From: the human T2T-CHM13v2.0 reference genome, Homo sapiens
NCBI RefSeq assembly: GCF_009914755.1
Contig: NC_060929.1
Reading direction: 5' to 3' (one strand)
DNA length: 64,000 nt
Made by a program: the position numbers and the translations under genes. Shown in pieces: positions 1 to 15,008 of this stretch (within the stretch, counting starts at the first letter, position 1; each line of letters starts with the position of its first letter). The notes beneath the pieces are model-generated. The model was given only the letters and a program-made list of their open reading frames with translations, ran no database searches and was not told where the DNA came from.

Positions 1-794
1 AAAAGCATAGGCATTTGATCTTTTCATTATCTTTATTTGGTCTTTCTAGTGACATTAGAAGCAATATATGCCTGCCCACAGTTTTGGAATTACACATGTT
101 GTTCATACTAGCGCAGAACATAAACTATTGTCCCCTAAGATATTAACTTTTAGAGGCTTTCTATTTTATAATTTCAGAGACAGTAATTTACTTTATAATT
201 TCTTTTTTATTTCCATGGTTTACTTACTTTTCTTTCTTCAGTGGAAATTATTTATTTTACTTCTTTTAGTTCCAAGTAAGCAATGTAGCCAATTCCAGAT
301 TTCATTTATTTCTCTGAAATGTTGTTGGTGTTTAACTCTTCTGGTACAAAAATTTCTAGGTTTCTTTGTTCTGAACAATAACTATTATCAGTTAAAATCA
401 AAGCAAATTTATGTATTGAATCAAAAAGGAAAGCAGGGGAAATTATTAGAGTAAGAGAAAATGACACAACATTTGTTCAATTCCCTCATTGAGAATGGCA
501 AGCTTAGGACACTGTTTCTGGTGCAGTCACCAGCAGGTGTTTGTCACTGTGCCACAGGGTCTCACAATTGCTACAGCCTTTTTATACATCCTAGAACTTA
601 GTTTTACACCTATTTAATACTTCCTGCTGATTCAAATAGTTAAGCAGAATGATTTCAATTTGAATGTACCATTAGTTCATATGATCATGGCAGAATATCT
701 GCTGCATTTTATTTCTATAAAGTTTGGGTTCTCCTTTCTATATATCTTGGTATTCTAAACAGGATGTTAAACTCTGTCCAGCCAAGAACATGAT

Positions 795-935
795 AAATGT
801 ATAATACATATGAATATATGTATTATACATTTGAATATATAATATATAATTATACATTTTTGTATAATATATAATTATACATTTATACAAATATATAATT
901 ATACATTTGAATATATAATACATATGAATATATAC
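795..935. repeat. AT-rich degenerate minisatellite (ATATATAATTATACATTT-like units)
   Basis: Repeated 'atatataattatacattt' units; explains the YIY-rich spurious ORF 738..923. Confidence 0.8.
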
Positions 936-3254
936 TTCAGGTTACATTTTCCAATTCATATCATCTTCTGTATCAATGTGAGATCAAAGATGTCTTATGA
1001 TGTCCAAAGATCATCACAGGCATAGTATGAAAGAAATAAGCATGTCTGCGATTTATCTTCCTTATTCAACCAAAGGTTGTAAATAAATGTCAAGGTAGCT
1101 CTCCTTTCGAAAGTTAATATTGATATTATGTCTTTATGATATCCTCAATTCAATCACAGACTAGTCCAGGAATAATGTTTCATGTGTCCCAACCCCTCCC
1201 TCTATGCAGATTAGCTTATAACCTTGAAACTTTTTAAGGTATGTTCCTAAAGTCTGCAGAATTAGGCTATTTAATCTTTTTCCCACACAGTACTTCTAAT
1301 TTGACCATGATCTGGCTGTTTCTAAATTTATTTTATTGCCCATTAGAACAAAGAGAAAGAGCTGTGATTAGTGATAACTATGGGTCATAAGAGGAAGAGG
1401 GAGAGAAGGGTGTCAAAAATTCTTTCCAATTGGGTAGTTTTCATGAAAACTTATGATTCTTAAATGCTGTCAGATATTTTAAATAAAGGTAACTAATGGT
1501 CATTTTGTAGGTATTTTTAAAATGTTAAACTGGAAGGTTCTGAATATCTCATTTTGAACAACAGCTTAATAAATAAGTCAAATCTTTTCAAAATGGTTTA
1601 AACTTTTAATCATATGATTGTTAATCTACTATAATAATCAGACATCTTTAAAATTCATTGCTATATCCTGCATCTATTTAATCATTTAAGTCATCTTGGC
1701 ATTAATAAGTATTGCTGAATGTAAAAATGCTAAAAATTAAATGCTATCTGGATTCCTAGTACTAATATGCCACAATTTTCCTAATCCATCTGGAGGGTTT
1801 TTAACTTCTATTTGACAATTATTACTTATTATGCCAACCAAACGTCCAAAAGAGGAAAATATCTTCAGATGAGATCATTGATGATAAATATCATCATTTA
1901 CTCTTAATTCTTCTCTAGACACCATTCATGACTTTTGTGCAATAGGATGTGTGTGTTGTTATGATATTCAACATTAACAAAACTGGAAGAGAATAGAGAA
2001 TATTGTTGTCATCTATAGTGAAAGTCATAGGTAGTACAATTCATAGAAAATTAGTCCTTAGAATTAAATTTGAGGCATACATCTTACTCCCTTGAAATTC
2101 GTATGTGTGCCAGAACCAATAAAGCCACACAATTTTCTAAGTAAGAGTTATCTCTTTTTGGCACCATATAACCCTGGTGATGTTACAAATGTCACTGCTA
2201 CTGGCTAGGGATCCTGTACTGGTAACAACGAGTGGAAAATATTTAATAATATTTCTATTCCAAGTGGTTAAATAGAAATTCACATTCTTATTTATTATTT
2301 TTAGACTGTCTATAAAGTGCCTATTATAGAGTTTTTCTTGTTCCATGGTTTTGTTTGTTTCTTCTCCATTATAGATAATTTCATATAATTTTATATTTGA
2401 AAAAAGACAGTAATTTGCTATTGTGAATTAACAGACTGCAATAAAATATTTTAATGTAGTTGAATATTAGAGTATTATTCCTGCTACTCTTTTATTGTAA
2501 TCAGAATAAAATCAACACTGGCCAGTGAAAGTAAATGGACTATGAATTCTAACGATCATTTGACTCACATATCTTTCTATAACATACCCTGTGAAAGATA
2601 TGGGATGTGAGAAGGGTAATGTCTTGTTCCAAGTGCCCAGAGATATAACTCAGGAAGGCATCATGTGAAATTATGCTTTAGGGTGCAATACAGGTGTTGT
2701 GCAAAATAGACTTACATCGTCTATTTGCTGCTGCCTGTATGTTTGATCTAGAGAAAGACTTTATGATACATCAAAGTATACACGTCTCAAAGGGTGACTT
2801 TGACTTTTTACTTACAAGTTTTTCAAGATTATATTATGTATGTCAGACTAGCTTTTCCATTGTTCTTCATTTTCATAAAATTTCCATGTGAGATAGCCTG
2901 AGTTATATTTAGATCAAAAATATGTCTAATTAATATAAACCAAAGAATTAATCATATGATTTATATAAAAAGATCTTTGATACATCACTGCAAGATATTG
3001 TTCATGCTTTTTCCTTTCCTATATTCAACTGAGAGGACTATATCTCTGTAGACCATTTTCTAACTCTAAAATCAAGACAAAACAAAGCAAAAATCATTAT
3101 GCTTTCCACAGCATCAGAGGGAAAAAATACTGTTTCATGTTTCTTTTCAGAATATTTCTTTGAGTAAAGCTTATACATCTAAGTAAAGAAATTTCCAAGG
3201 GGGTTCTAGAATAGGCTTCAATTGGTACTTAGTAGGGGAAAAAAAAGAGGCTGT

Positions 3255-4040
3255 CAGTCTGACACCTAATTTTTTAGATCTTTCCTGATGACCCAGTTGA
3301 CTTTGAACTGCCAACACCTACATCTCTGTGCATGAGAGGTTTTTGTTCCTCCTTTACTAAGGGAAAGCCATACTGCCCCATTAAGTGTACATGTGACAAG
3401 TCCAGCATGCCAGACAATGAACCATCCCCAGGAACATTTCTGCAATGGTTGGAATATGTGTCCTCAAATTTCATGTGTTGAAAACTTGATCTCCATTGTA
3501 ATGGTATTAAGAGGTGAATGTGTTATGAGAGCTCTTTCTTCATGAATGGATTAATGCTGTTATTATAGAAGTGGGTTTGTTAGCAAAGGATTGGGTTCCT
3601 GATAAAAAGAATGAATTGGGCTAGATTTCCTCTCTCTGTTTCTCATGCTCTTTCCACCATATAATGACCCTTACCAAATGCTAGTGGCATGCTCTTGGAC
3701 TTCCTAGCCTCTAGTACCATGAGCTAAACAAATTTCTCTTCATTAGAAATTAACTAGCCTTAGGCGTTTTGTCACAGCAACAGAAAATGGGCTAAGACAA
3801 TTTCCCAACCAATGAATCACCACATTTGGTGTATAATTACTCCAACTCTTTCACCCCACAGATGGGGTATTTCTGAAGTGTGTTTATGCATGACTTCCCA
3901 GAGCTCTCCAACAGTATTGCTCTCTAATCATCCACTATGGTAAACTGTTTTCAAATTGGAGTTTATTATCTCTCTTTTCTTTTGTGTTTCACTTCCACCA
4001 TTTTCCAGCATACTGCTTGCATCAATACTTGTCTCAGAAT
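3255..4040 (+). mobile_element. Old ERVL LTR16-family solo LTR, split by the MSTD insertion
   Basis: 'ccaatgaatcaccacatttggtgtataattactccaactc...cccagagctctcc...cttgtctcag' resembles recalled LTR16C; the halves rejoin across the ATTTC TSD. Confidence 0.55.
3441..3799 (+). mobile_element. MaLR solo LTR, MSTD-like
   Basis: TGCAATGGTT...CTAAGACA termini, 'catgaatggattaatgc' core, perfect 5-bp TSD ATTTC (3436-3440 / 3800-3804). Confidence 0.85.
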
Positions 4041-4109
4041 TTAATTAATGAAGACAGTATTAGGTGATTAAGCATATTGTACATGTACTGTAGGAAACTA
4101 AATAGTAAA

Positions 4110-4375
4110 TGCCTTGTCATAGAAGGCTGGCCACTCTACAGATCCACCCTACTGTAGACATGTGAAACACGGGACCAGATGGCAACAATTCTCAGAATGC
4201 CAAATTTGGGAAGACAAACTATAAACTACATTTTTATGTAAAATTGCTTGATTATTTTAAATACAGGTGACTAATTGGATTATATTTAAATCTACATGGT
4301 GATTAAAAACATATCAAACAAAGTGGTTAATATTTTTTAAAAAACATATTTTTTCAAATGGTCCTCTAGCTCTCT
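4110..4375. mobile_element. Degraded hAT DNA transposon, MER103C-like
   Basis: 'atttttatgtaaaattgcttgattattttaaatacaggtgactaatt' resembles recalled MER103C. Confidence 0.35.
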
Positions 4376-4814
4376 TTGATCTATCATGTCTAGTTATAGA
4401 CATCTTGCCTGTTATGGACCACCGTTAAAGCTAGAATCCATTAAAATAAACTGATAAATTGGTTATAGCAATATTATCAATTGCTGTATATTCTCTTTCC
4501 CAGATTCAAAAGGCACAAAAAAAAATCTGCTATTTTTTTTAGTCATAGATATCCCAAAGTATAATAGCTTCTCCTTTACTTTAGAAAGAATATCCTGGCC
4601 TATTCCAGGTCATCGGCCCTTTAATGACTTCATCAGTGAGACTTGTTTCTGAATATATGTACATTATCTTCTATCCTCTGATAAGCATATATGACAGTTC
4701 ATCAGGACTCATTAACATGAGGTCATTAATATCGTGGAACAGTGTAATATTCTGGAGAATGCTGCCATAGTCAACTTGCTGCATATTATATAATGATAGA
4801 CAGTAGTTCCATCA

Positions 4815-5560
4815 ATCAGGTTTACCCAAATAAGGCTGAATAACAAAACCCAATAACATAAACTGATAATCATGTATTTTTTGCTTATGCCTCTGTGAGT
4901 CATCTAATATCTGGAATTTCTAGGCTGCATGCTGCTTGGCTTGACTACCAAGCGTGGAATGAGTTCCAGACTGCTCAGTGTGTCTAATTCTTCCAAGCCA
5001 GTGGGATACTAGAACATGCTACTTCATGGGAATAGCAGAAGTCCAAGGAGCCAAATCCAACTATGCAAACACTTTCACATCCCACTTCACAATTCAGTTT
5101 CTAATATTCTATGTCCAAAACATGTCATATGCCAAGCCTAGTATCAAAGGGAAAGGAAGTATGCTGTTTTTATAGATGTGAGACATAAAAACAGAGTAAT
5201 TGCTAAACAACAATCCAATTTATCAGACTTCATTCTGAACTATCCATGACAGTTCATGGATATATTAATATCCATGTCCTTCGTGCATGCAAGATATACT
5301 TAGTAACATTAAAAAGCTCCTAAAATTCTTCTCCATTTATGGCCACAAAACACTCAGGGTTCAGTATATTGTGACTGACACTGAGTCCAGTTGAGACTCC
5401 TTTTGTTACAGAGAACTGTGAAATAAAATCAAGTTATTTGTCTTCCACATATCAAAAATATGATGATGAATAGAAAGCTATTAACCACAATAAATGCTCT
5501 TATTTGCAAAAGAGAAGATGATGATGAAAGGAGCAGTTACTGATCTATAGTAAAGGGTAT
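4815..5560 (-). mobile_element. Ancient MaLR (MLT1J/I-like) LTR plus probable adjacent internal remnant
   Basis: 'aaaacatgtcatatgccaagcctagtatcaaaggg...aacaatccaatttatca' typical of reverse MLT1J/I. Confidence 0.5.
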
Positions 5561-5584
5561 TTATTTACCTTAGAAGATAAAGGT

Positions 5585-5585
5585 T

Positions 5586-5626
<41 letters not shown>
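5585..5626. repeat. (CT)n microsatellite
   Basis: Direct observation. Confidence 0.95.
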
Positions 5627-7338
5627 AGATGGAAACTGGAACAGATATTTCAGTCACCGAATATAGGGTCTCAATCTCAGTCTCAGAATTTTTGAGTTCC
5701 TCTCCTGTGGGACAAATCCAGCTGGACATGAAAGTGTATTTGGCCTTCACTGTGTCACCTCGTGGGGAATTTGCGTGTGAGGAACTTGCACTTCTCAGAT
5801 GCCCTGAAACTACATAAAGGTCTATTCCAGAGATCTTGTGTTTCTCCTTAGAAAATACATGTATATTTATACATGTGTATGTACCTATAATTATATACAT
5901 CATTAATTTGAAGTTTTCATCTCCAAGGAATATCTTTACTTTTCTTCTCCTCCAGTGCAGCCATACAGTAAAAAGTATACTACAAATATTTTTCTATTAT
6001 TTTAAATGGGTTGTACTACTGAAATTTCTCTGCATATTTTATTTCCTAAATTTCCAGCAGTTATAGACTTAGTCTCTAAACAGAAAAATATTAGAGACTT
6101 CTGGACTGCTCTTCAGCTGCAGAAGTGGTTTCCATTTCTATTGTTTTCAACCCTACTCCTTCTCTGGATAAAGGATCTATATTACTAAATTTTTGTGATT
6201 TTCTCTGGAAAGTGATTGCTAGTGGGAAAATATTTTCTGTTTTTTTTTCTATTATTACTCCATTTTAGCCTTATGAAATTCAGAGTCCTTAAAGAGTCTG
6301 ACATTTAGATGGAAGCTTTTTTTTAAGCTTGACATGTATTTATGATTTTTCTCCTTATTTATCAAATGCTCTGTTCTATTATCATTTTGATAAGAACTCA
6401 TTCCCCCAGTTTTAACCATACACTGCTGAAATGTGTCTTCTAATCTTTATTTTTTCATTTGTAGTTACATTTAATATCTTTCTTACTCGGTTAACAAGTT
6501 GGAAATGTCCTATTTAGGTCCTGCATAGAACACTAGCCTGATCCTATCAGTGTAGCCAACAATAAGCTCTATAAGTTTTCATAATTTTGACATAATTTAT
6601 AATATACAATAATTTTATACTCATGTCATAGGTATACACTGTCTTGTGATTATTTTTGTTATGATTTTATTAAATGTTCTAATGTTATTAAAATTTCCCC
6701 TTCCCATAAGTTGTTACCTCCACTAAATTTTAAGCCTCCAAAGATAAAATCCAAGTACCCCATAGATAAATAAAGTAGGCACTCAAATATTTTTTAAATT
6801 AAATATACTTAATGGGAGAATAAATTCAGCGACTCTTTTCTCTTCCCTATAGATATAAAAATAATTACAAATAAGCATTACTTATATTATTACCACCACG
6901 TTTAAATAACAAATTTGGTAAGTGAAGGTATAATAAAATATATAAAGTACATATTATATCTAAACACTTAGGGATTTATTTTCTAATATTGCATTTTTCA
7001 ACCATATTCCATGCTGGTTTTTACCCACAAACATAGTCTCTATTTAGCAAATCACTCTGCCAATTGATAGGAAGAGTTTCCATTGCCTCCTTCAGTGAAA
7101 GTCACCATTAACAGTGGATGATTGCTTTTCCCTTTCCAGGGTCATTGACTATACCACTATCCACCAAAGAATCTTTGTAAATAATAAACACATTTCATGC
7201 ATCATAGCTTTTTGGAGAATACTGGGCAGGAAGCTTCCTGTTTTGAGTTATGTTTCCTAAAACTAGTTCATGATACATTTTACATTTTCTATGTCTGGTG
7301 GTGTTTACCATATCCCTAAGTCAAAAGCCAAAGATGAC

Positions 7339-7708
7339 TATATTAGTCTACTAAGTCAGCCATAACAACATACCACCAACTGGGTGGCTCAAACAACAGA
7401 AATTTATTTTCCCACAGTTCTGAAGGCTGGAAGTCCAAGACCAAGATGTCAGCAGGGTGGGTTTCTTTCCTGAGGCTTCTCTCTTTGATTCGCAGACAGC
7501 CTCCTTCTGACTGTGTCTTCACATGGTCTTTCTCTATGCACAGTATCTTTGAATGTTTTTCTCTTTCTAAGAACACCAGTCATATTGAATTAGGCCCCTC
7601 TTATTACCTCACTTAACACTAATTAACTCCTTAAAGGTTCCATCTTTATTTATCATCATCACATTTTGGATTAGGGCTTCAACAAATGAATTTAGCTCAG
7701 CCTATTAA
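7339..7708 (-). mobile_element. MaLR solo LTR, MLT1B-like
   Basis: 'gccataacaacataccaccaactgggtggctcaaacaacagaaatttattttcccacagttctgaaggctggaagtccaaga...ttagggcttcaacaaatgaattt'. Confidence 0.8.
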
Positions 7709-8949
7709 AGTGAACATAGGGCCAAAATATCATAGACTATGTCCATATGTGTGGAAGAATGTGTAAATTCAGGTGCATGAGTGACAGCTGTGTGCTTAAA
7801 GTGTGTATGTGTGCAAAATATTAAGCTTGTATGAAGGCTAGTATACATAAATATACAAATATAAATAGCAAACTAAAGTCTTATTTGAAATTCCGATTGG
7901 AGTAATAGTAATTTCTTATCTTAAAGAGGACCATATATTTAATTGCCATTCACACTATGTGATAAATAGTGAAGGGAGAAATGTCCTCCTGTGTAGGGAT
8001 TACTAACCTTGTGAAAGCCACTTATTCCTGAGAAGTACAAAGGCATACCTTTCTAAGACAAACCAGTACCTTCTATAACTCCAGTAGTCCTTAATAAATA
8101 AATAAATTGTAATGATCTATTTAATATAGTGAGTTTTCAACTCCCACTTCATTAACAGTCACTAAGGGAGAGTAGAAAAGGTGGTGGCATAAACATGGAT
8201 CAGCCATCTGCCCCTTCCTGGGATTTAGAGACAGGGCCAAATTTAGCCTCTTAAGATCCCTGTAAGCATGAAGTGGATATTCACTGAAAGCCCTGTCTCC
8301 ACATAAATAGGGTTGGTTTCCAGATAAATCATGTCCTGTGGATGCTGGAAGTTATTTCTTCCTATCCTTACAAAAGCTCATGAAATAAGGTATACTCGTG
8401 TAAGAGAACATATTCTTCTTCAGGCCAGAAAATGTCTTGTTTTTTGCAAAGCCTTATTCGTAATTGTTGTTCTCGTTCAGAGGGAAAGACACCATTACAA
8501 ATATATCATTACCTATGCCTATTTGTATTAATCTGATTGAATAAACCACCAAATTTCAATGTGTTGGATATATATTCACAGTAACCCTTATTATTATTTA
8601 TGCAAATTCATTCTGCCTACGAACCTAGAGAAGGCAGTTCAGCTAATGCTAGTTTTATTCTACAAAAATCTGTACACATTTCACTACTCATCCTTAAAGG
8701 GGAGACTAAAAGGTGAATTCATAAAAGTTCTCTATTTAATTTTAAAATGTAATACACATGGACATAAAATCTGTTAAACAGACAATCATGGTAGGTGTAT
8801 CTTATTGTATGCAACATTTTAAAAGTTGCTTGCCCCTTTGGCTAGTCTTAACATTTATTCGTATCACATATCTCTGTTTGTAAGGCCCTGAATTAAAGTC
8901 ACTTTATCTTAAGGGAAATCGTTTTGGAGTCCCACTATCTATGATTAAA

Positions 8950-9055
8950 AGCTAGCTCTGTCCTTTATTATCTTAACACTTCACTAAGATATAATTTTCC
9001 TATTTGTAAAATGGAGATAATAATAGAAGTTGAATTATGGGGTACTATTGAAGAT
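8950..9055 (+). mobile_element. MIR fragment
   Basis: MIR core 'ttttcctatttgtaaaatggagataataatag'. Confidence 0.55.
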
Positions 9056-9404
9056 GCATATGTATCATTTTTATAGACATGTTTGCAGCTTTCTAGTTTT
9101 TTTCTTCATTATACAAATAATATACAAATTCCCACTTTCCTCCTTTTTTCATATTAAAAGTCTTTTGTAGTCTAAAAATTTTTTTTAGTCAATTTTTTTG
9201 ATCATACTTTAAGTTCTGGGATACATGTGCAGAACATGTAGGTTTGTTACATAGGTATACATGTGCCATGGTGGTTTGCTGCACTCATCAAGCCGTCATC
9301 TACATTATGTATTTCTCCTAATGCTATGCCTCCTCTTACCCACCACCCCCGAACAGGCCCCAGTGTGTGACGTTCCCCTACCTGTGTCCATGTGTTCTCA
9401 TTGT

Positions 9405-12400
9405 TCAACTCCCACTTACGAGTGACAACATGCAGTGTTTGGTTTTCTGTTCCTGTGCTAGTTTGCTGAGAATGATGGTTTCCCAGTTCATCCATGTCCA
9501 AGCAAAGGACATGAACTCATTCTTTTTTACGGCTACATAGTATTCCATGGTGTATATGTGCCACATTTTCTTTATCCAGTCTATCATTGATAGGCATTTG
9601 GGTTGGTTCCAAATCTTTGATATTGTGAATTTGCTATTGTGAATAGTGCTTCAATAAATATATGTCAGCATGTGTCTTTTTAGTGGAATGATTTATAATT
9701 CTTTGGGTATATACCCATTAATGGTATTGCTGGGTCAAATGGTATTTCTAGTTCCAGATCCTTGAGAAACTGCCACACTGTCTTCCATAATGGTTGAACT
9801 AATTTACACTCCCACCAACAGTGTAAAAGCCTCCACATCTTCTCCAGCATCTGTTGTTTCCTGACTTTTTAATGATCTCCATTCTAACCGGCATGAGATG
9901 GTATCTCACTGTGGTTTTGATTTGCATTTATCTAATGACTAGTGATGATGAGCGTTTTTCCATATGTTTGTTGGCTGCATAAATGTCTTCTTTTGAGAAG
10001 TGTCTGTTCACATCCTTCACCCACTTTTTGATGGGGTTGTTTTTTTCTTGTAAATTTGTTTAAGTTCCTTGTGGAATCTGGATATTAGCCCTTTGTCAGG
10101 TGGATAGATTGCAAAAATTTTCTCTTATTCTGTAGGTTGCCTGTTCACTCTGATGATAGTTTCTTTTGCTGTGCAGAAGCTCTTTAGTTTAATTAGATCC
10201 CATTTGTCAATTTGGTCTTTTGTTGCAATTACTTTTGGTGTTTTTGTCATGAAGTCTTTGCCCATGCCTATGTCCTGAATGGTATTCCCTAGGTTTTCTT
10301 CTAGGGTTTTTATGGCTTTGAGTCTTACATTTAAGTCTTTAATTGATCATGAGTTAATTTTTGTATAAGGTGTAAGGAAGGGGTCCAATTTCAGTTTTCT
10401 GCATATGGATAGCCAGTTTTTCCCAACACCATTTATTAAATAGGGAATCCTTTCCCCATGCTTGTTTTCGTTAGGTTTGTCAAAGATCAGATGGTTGTAG
10501 ATGTGTGGTGTTGTTTCTGAGACCTCTCTTCTGTTCCATTGGTCTATATATCTGTTTTGGTACGAGTACCATGCTGTTTTGGTTACTGTAACCTTGCAGT
10601 ATAGTTTGAAGTCAGGTATCATGCTGCCTCCAGCTTTGTTCTTTTTGCTCTGGATTGTCTTGGCTGTACAGTCTCTTTTTTGATTCCATATGAAATTCAA
10701 AGTAGCTTTTTTTTCTAATTCTGTGAAGAAAGTTAATGGTAGCTTGATGGGAATAGCATTGAATTTATAATTACTTTGGGCAGTATGGCCATTTTTATGA
10801 TATTGATTCTTCCTGTCCATGAGCATGGAATGTTTTTCCATTTATTTATGTCCTCTCTTATTTTTCTGAGCCGTGGTTTGTAGTTCACCTTGAAGAAGTC
10901 CTTCACAGCCCTTGTAAATTGTATTCCAAAGTATTTCATTCTCTTTGTAGCAATCGTGAATGGGAGTTCACTCATGTTTTGCTTCTCTGTTTGTCTATTA
11001 TAGATGTGTAGGAATGCTTGTGATTTTTGCACATTGATTTTGTATCCTGAGACTTTGCTGAAGTTGCTTATCAGTTAGAGAAGTTTTTGAGCTGAAATGA
11101 TGGAGTTTTCTAAATATAAAATCATGTCGTCTGAAAATAGAGATAATTTGACTTACTATCTTCCTATTTGCATACCTTTTAATTCTTTCTCTTGCCTGAT
11201 TGCCTTGGCCAGAACTTCCAATACTATGTTGAATAGGAGTGGTGAGAGAGGACATCCTTGTCTTGTGCCAGTTTTCAAAGGGAATGCTTCTAGTTTTTGC
11301 CCATTCAGTATATTGGCTGTGGGTTTGTCATAAATAGCTCTTATTATTTTGAGATATGTTCCATCAATACCTAGTTTATTGAAACTTTTTAGCATACAAG
11401 GGTGTTGAATTTTATTGAAGGCCTTCTCTGCATCTATTGAGATAAGCATATGGTTTCTGTCATTGGTTCTGTTTATGTGATGGATTACATTTATTGATTT
11501 GCATATGTTGAAGCAGCCTTGCATCCCAGGGATGAAGCTGATTTGATCTTGGTGGATAAGCTTTTTGATGTGCTGCTGGATTTGATTTGCCAGTATTTTA
11601 CTGAGGAATTTCACATCAATGTTCACCTGGAATACTGGCCTGAAATTTTCTTTTTGTGTGTGTGTCTCTGTCAGGTTTTGGTATCAGGATGATGCTGGCC
11701 TCATAAAATGAGTTAGGGAGGAGTCCCTCTTTTTCTTTTGTTTGGAATAATTTTAGGAATGGTACCAGCTCCTCTTTGTACCTCTGGTAGAATTCAGCTG
11801 TGAATACATCTGGTCCTGGGCTTTTGTTGGTCAGTAGGCTGTTAATTACTTCCTCAATTTCAGAACTTGTTATTGGTCTATTCAGGGATTCAACTTCTTC
11901 CTGGTTTAGTCTTGGGAGGGTGTATGTGTCCAGGAGGTTATCCATTTCTTCTAGATTTTCTCGTTTATTTGTATAGAGGTGTTTATAGTATTCTCTGATG
12001 GTAGTTTGTATTTCTGTGGATCAGTGGTGATATCCCCTTTATCATTTTTTATTGTGTCTACTTGATTCTTCTCTCTCTTCTTCTTTATTAGTCTGGCTAG
12101 TGGTCTATCTATTCTGTTAAACTTTTCAAAAAAAACAGCTCCTGGTTTCATTGATTTTTGAAGGTTTTTTTTTGTGTCTGTATCTCTTAGTTATGCTCTG
12201 ATCCTAGTTATTTCTTGTCTTCCGCTAGCTTTTAAATTTGTTTGCTCTTGCTTCTCTAGTTCTTTAATCATGACATTAGGATGTCAATTTTAGATCTTTC
12301 CCACTTTCTCCTGTAGGCATTTAGTGCTATAAATTTCCCTCTGAACACTGCTTTAGCTGTGTCCTAGAGATTCTGTTATGTTCTGTCTTTGTTCTCACTG

Positions 12401-13220
12401 GTTTCAAAAAACTTATTTATTTCTCCCTTAATTTCATTATTTATCCAGTAGTCATTCAGGAGCAGGTTGTTCAGTTTGCATGTAGTTGTGCAGTTTTGAG
12501 TGTGTTTCTTAATCTTGAGTTCTGATTTGAATGTGGTCTGAAAGGCTGTTTGTTATGATTTCCATTCCTTTACATTTGCTGAGGAGTGTTTTACTTCCAA
12601 TTATGTGGTCAATTTTAGAGTACGTGCTATGTGGCACTGAGAAGAATGTATATTCTGTTGATTTGGGTTGGAGGGTTCTGTAGATGTCTATTAGGTCTGC
12701 TTGGTCCAGAGCTGAGTTCAAGTCCTGAATATCCTTGTTAATTTGCTGTCTCATTGATCTGTCTAATATAAGGCAGTGGGGGTGTTAAAGTCTCCCACTA
12801 TTATTGTGTGGGAGTCTAAGTCTCTTTATCGGTCTCTAAGAACTTGCTTTATGAATCTGGTTGCTTCTGTATTGGTGCATATATATTTAGGATAATTTGC
12901 TCTTCTTGTTGCACTGATACCTTTATCATTATGTAATGCCCTTCTTTGTCTTTTTTGATGTTTGTTGGTTTAAAATTTGTTTTATCGGAGACTAGGATTG
13001 CAACCACAACTTTTCTTTGCTTTCCATTTGCTTGGAAAATATTCATTCTTCCCTTTATTTTGAGCCTATGTATCTCTTTGCATGTGAGATGGGTCTCCTG
13101 AATACAGCACAACAATAGGTCTTGATTCTTTTCCCAATTTGTCAGTCTGTTTTTTAATTAGGGCACTTAGCCCATTTACATTTAAGGGTAATATTGTTAC
13201 TATAAATTTGTTCCTGTCAT
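9405..13220 (-). pseudogene. L1 ORF2p (endonuclease/reverse transcriptase), disrupted
   Basis: ATG at 13220; EN fragment 'CCIQETHL..DKEGHYIM', RT fragments '[21 protein letters not shown]', catalytic FADD present as FSDD (11137-11126), C-terminus 'KHCMLSLVSGS*'; split into many ORFs by stops and frameshifts. Confidence 0.95.
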
Positions 13221-13283
13221 AATGATGCTAGCTGGTTATTTTGCACATTAGTTGATGGAGTTTATTCATAATGTCATTGGTCT

Positions 13284-14302
13284 TTATATTTTGGGGTGTT
13301 TTTGCAGTGGCTGCTACCAGATTTTCTTTTCCACATTTAGTGCTTCCTTCAGGAGCTCTTGTAAGGCAAGGTGGTGACAAAATCCTTCAGCATTTGCCTG
13401 TCAGTAAACGATTTTATTTCTTTTTTGCTCATGAAGCTTAGTTTAGCTGGATATGAAATTCTGGGTTGAAAATTCTTTCCTTTTAGAATGTTGAATATTG
13501 GCCCCCACTCTCTTCTGGCTTGTAGGGTTTCTGCAGAGAGATCTGCTGTTAGTCTGATGGGTTCCCTTTGTGGGTAACCTGACCTTTCTCTCTGGTTTCC
13601 CTTAAAATTTTTTCTTCTGTTTCAACCCTGATGAATCTGACCATTATGTGTCTTAGGGTTGCTCTTCTCAAGGAGTATCTTAGTGCTCTTCTCTGTATTT
13701 CCTGAATTGGAATGTTGGCCTGTCTTGTTAGATTGGGGAAGTTCATCTGGATAATATCCTGAAATGTGTTTTCCAACTTGCTTCAATTCTCCCCGTCACT
13801 TTCAGGTATACTGATCAATCATAGTTTTGGTCTTTTCACATAGTCCTATATTTCTTGGAGGCTTTGTTCATTCCTTTTTATTCTTTTTTCTCTAATCTTG
13901 TCTTCACACTTTATTTCATTAAGTTGATCTTCAATCTCTGATATCCTTTCTTCTGCTTGATCAGTTCAGCTATTGATATTTTGTATGCTTCACGAAGTTC
14001 TCATGCTGTTTTTTTCAGCTCCATCAGGTCACTTATGGTCTTCTCTAAACTGGTTATTCTATTAGCAGTTCCTGTAACCTTTGATCAAGGTTCTTAGCTT
14101 CCTTGCATTGGGTTAGAACATGCTCCTTTAGCTCAGAGAAGTTTGTTATTACCCACTTTCTGAAGCTTACTTCTGTCAATTTGTCAAACTTATTCTCTGT
14201 CCAGTTTTGTTCCCTTGCTGGCAAGGAGTTGTGATCCTTTGGAGGAGAAGAGGCATTCTGCTTTTTGGAATTTTCAGCATTTTTGAGCTGGTTTTTCCTC
14301 AT
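13284..14302 (-). pseudogene. L1 ORF1p RNA-binding chaperone, disrupted
   Basis: Fragments 'MRKNQLKNAENSKKQNASSPPKD', 'ENTFQDIIQMNFPNLTRQANIPIQEIQR'; span ~1020 nt equals canonical ORF1 length. Confidence 0.92.
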
Positions 14303-15008
14303 CTTCATGGATTTATCTACCTTTGATCTTTGATGCTGAGGACCTTTGGATGGGGTTTTTGCATGGGCATCCTTTCTGTTGATGTTGATGTTATTGTTTT
14401 CTGTTTGTTAGCTTTCCTTCTAACAGCCAGGCCTCTCTTTTGCAGATCTGCTAGAGTTTGCCGGACGTCCACTCCAGACCCTGTTTGCCTGGTTATCACC
14501 TGTGGAGGCTGCAGAACAGCAAAGATTGCTGCCTGCTCCTTCCTCTGGAAGCTTCGTTCCAGAGAGGCACCTGCCAGATGCCAGCTGGAGCTCTCCTGTA
14601 TGAGGTTTCTGTCGACCCCTTCTGGGATGTTTCTCCCAGTCAGGAGGCATAGGTCCCTATCCCACTTGAGGAGGCAGTCTGTCCTTTAGCAGAGCTTGAA
14701 CGCTTTGCTGGGAGATCCACTGCTCTCTTCAGAGCCAGCAAACAGGAACGTTTAAGTCTGCTGAAGCTGCGCCCATAGCTGCCTCTTCCCCCAGGTGCTC
14801 TGTCCCAGGGAGATGGAAGTTTTATCTATAAGCCCATGACTGAGGCTGCTGCCTTTCTTTCAGAGATGCCCTGCCCAGAGACGAGCAATCTAGAGAGGCA
14901 GTCTGGCTACAGCAGCTTTGCTGCGTTGAGGCGGGCTCCACCCAGTCTGACCTTCAGGGTGGCTTTGTTTACACTGTGAAGGAAAAACCACTTACTGAAG
15001 GCTCAGAG

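Noticed and set aside
68-454. 128-aa ORF
   Set aside because: F/L-rich product of T-rich DNA; no recognisable domain or splice structure
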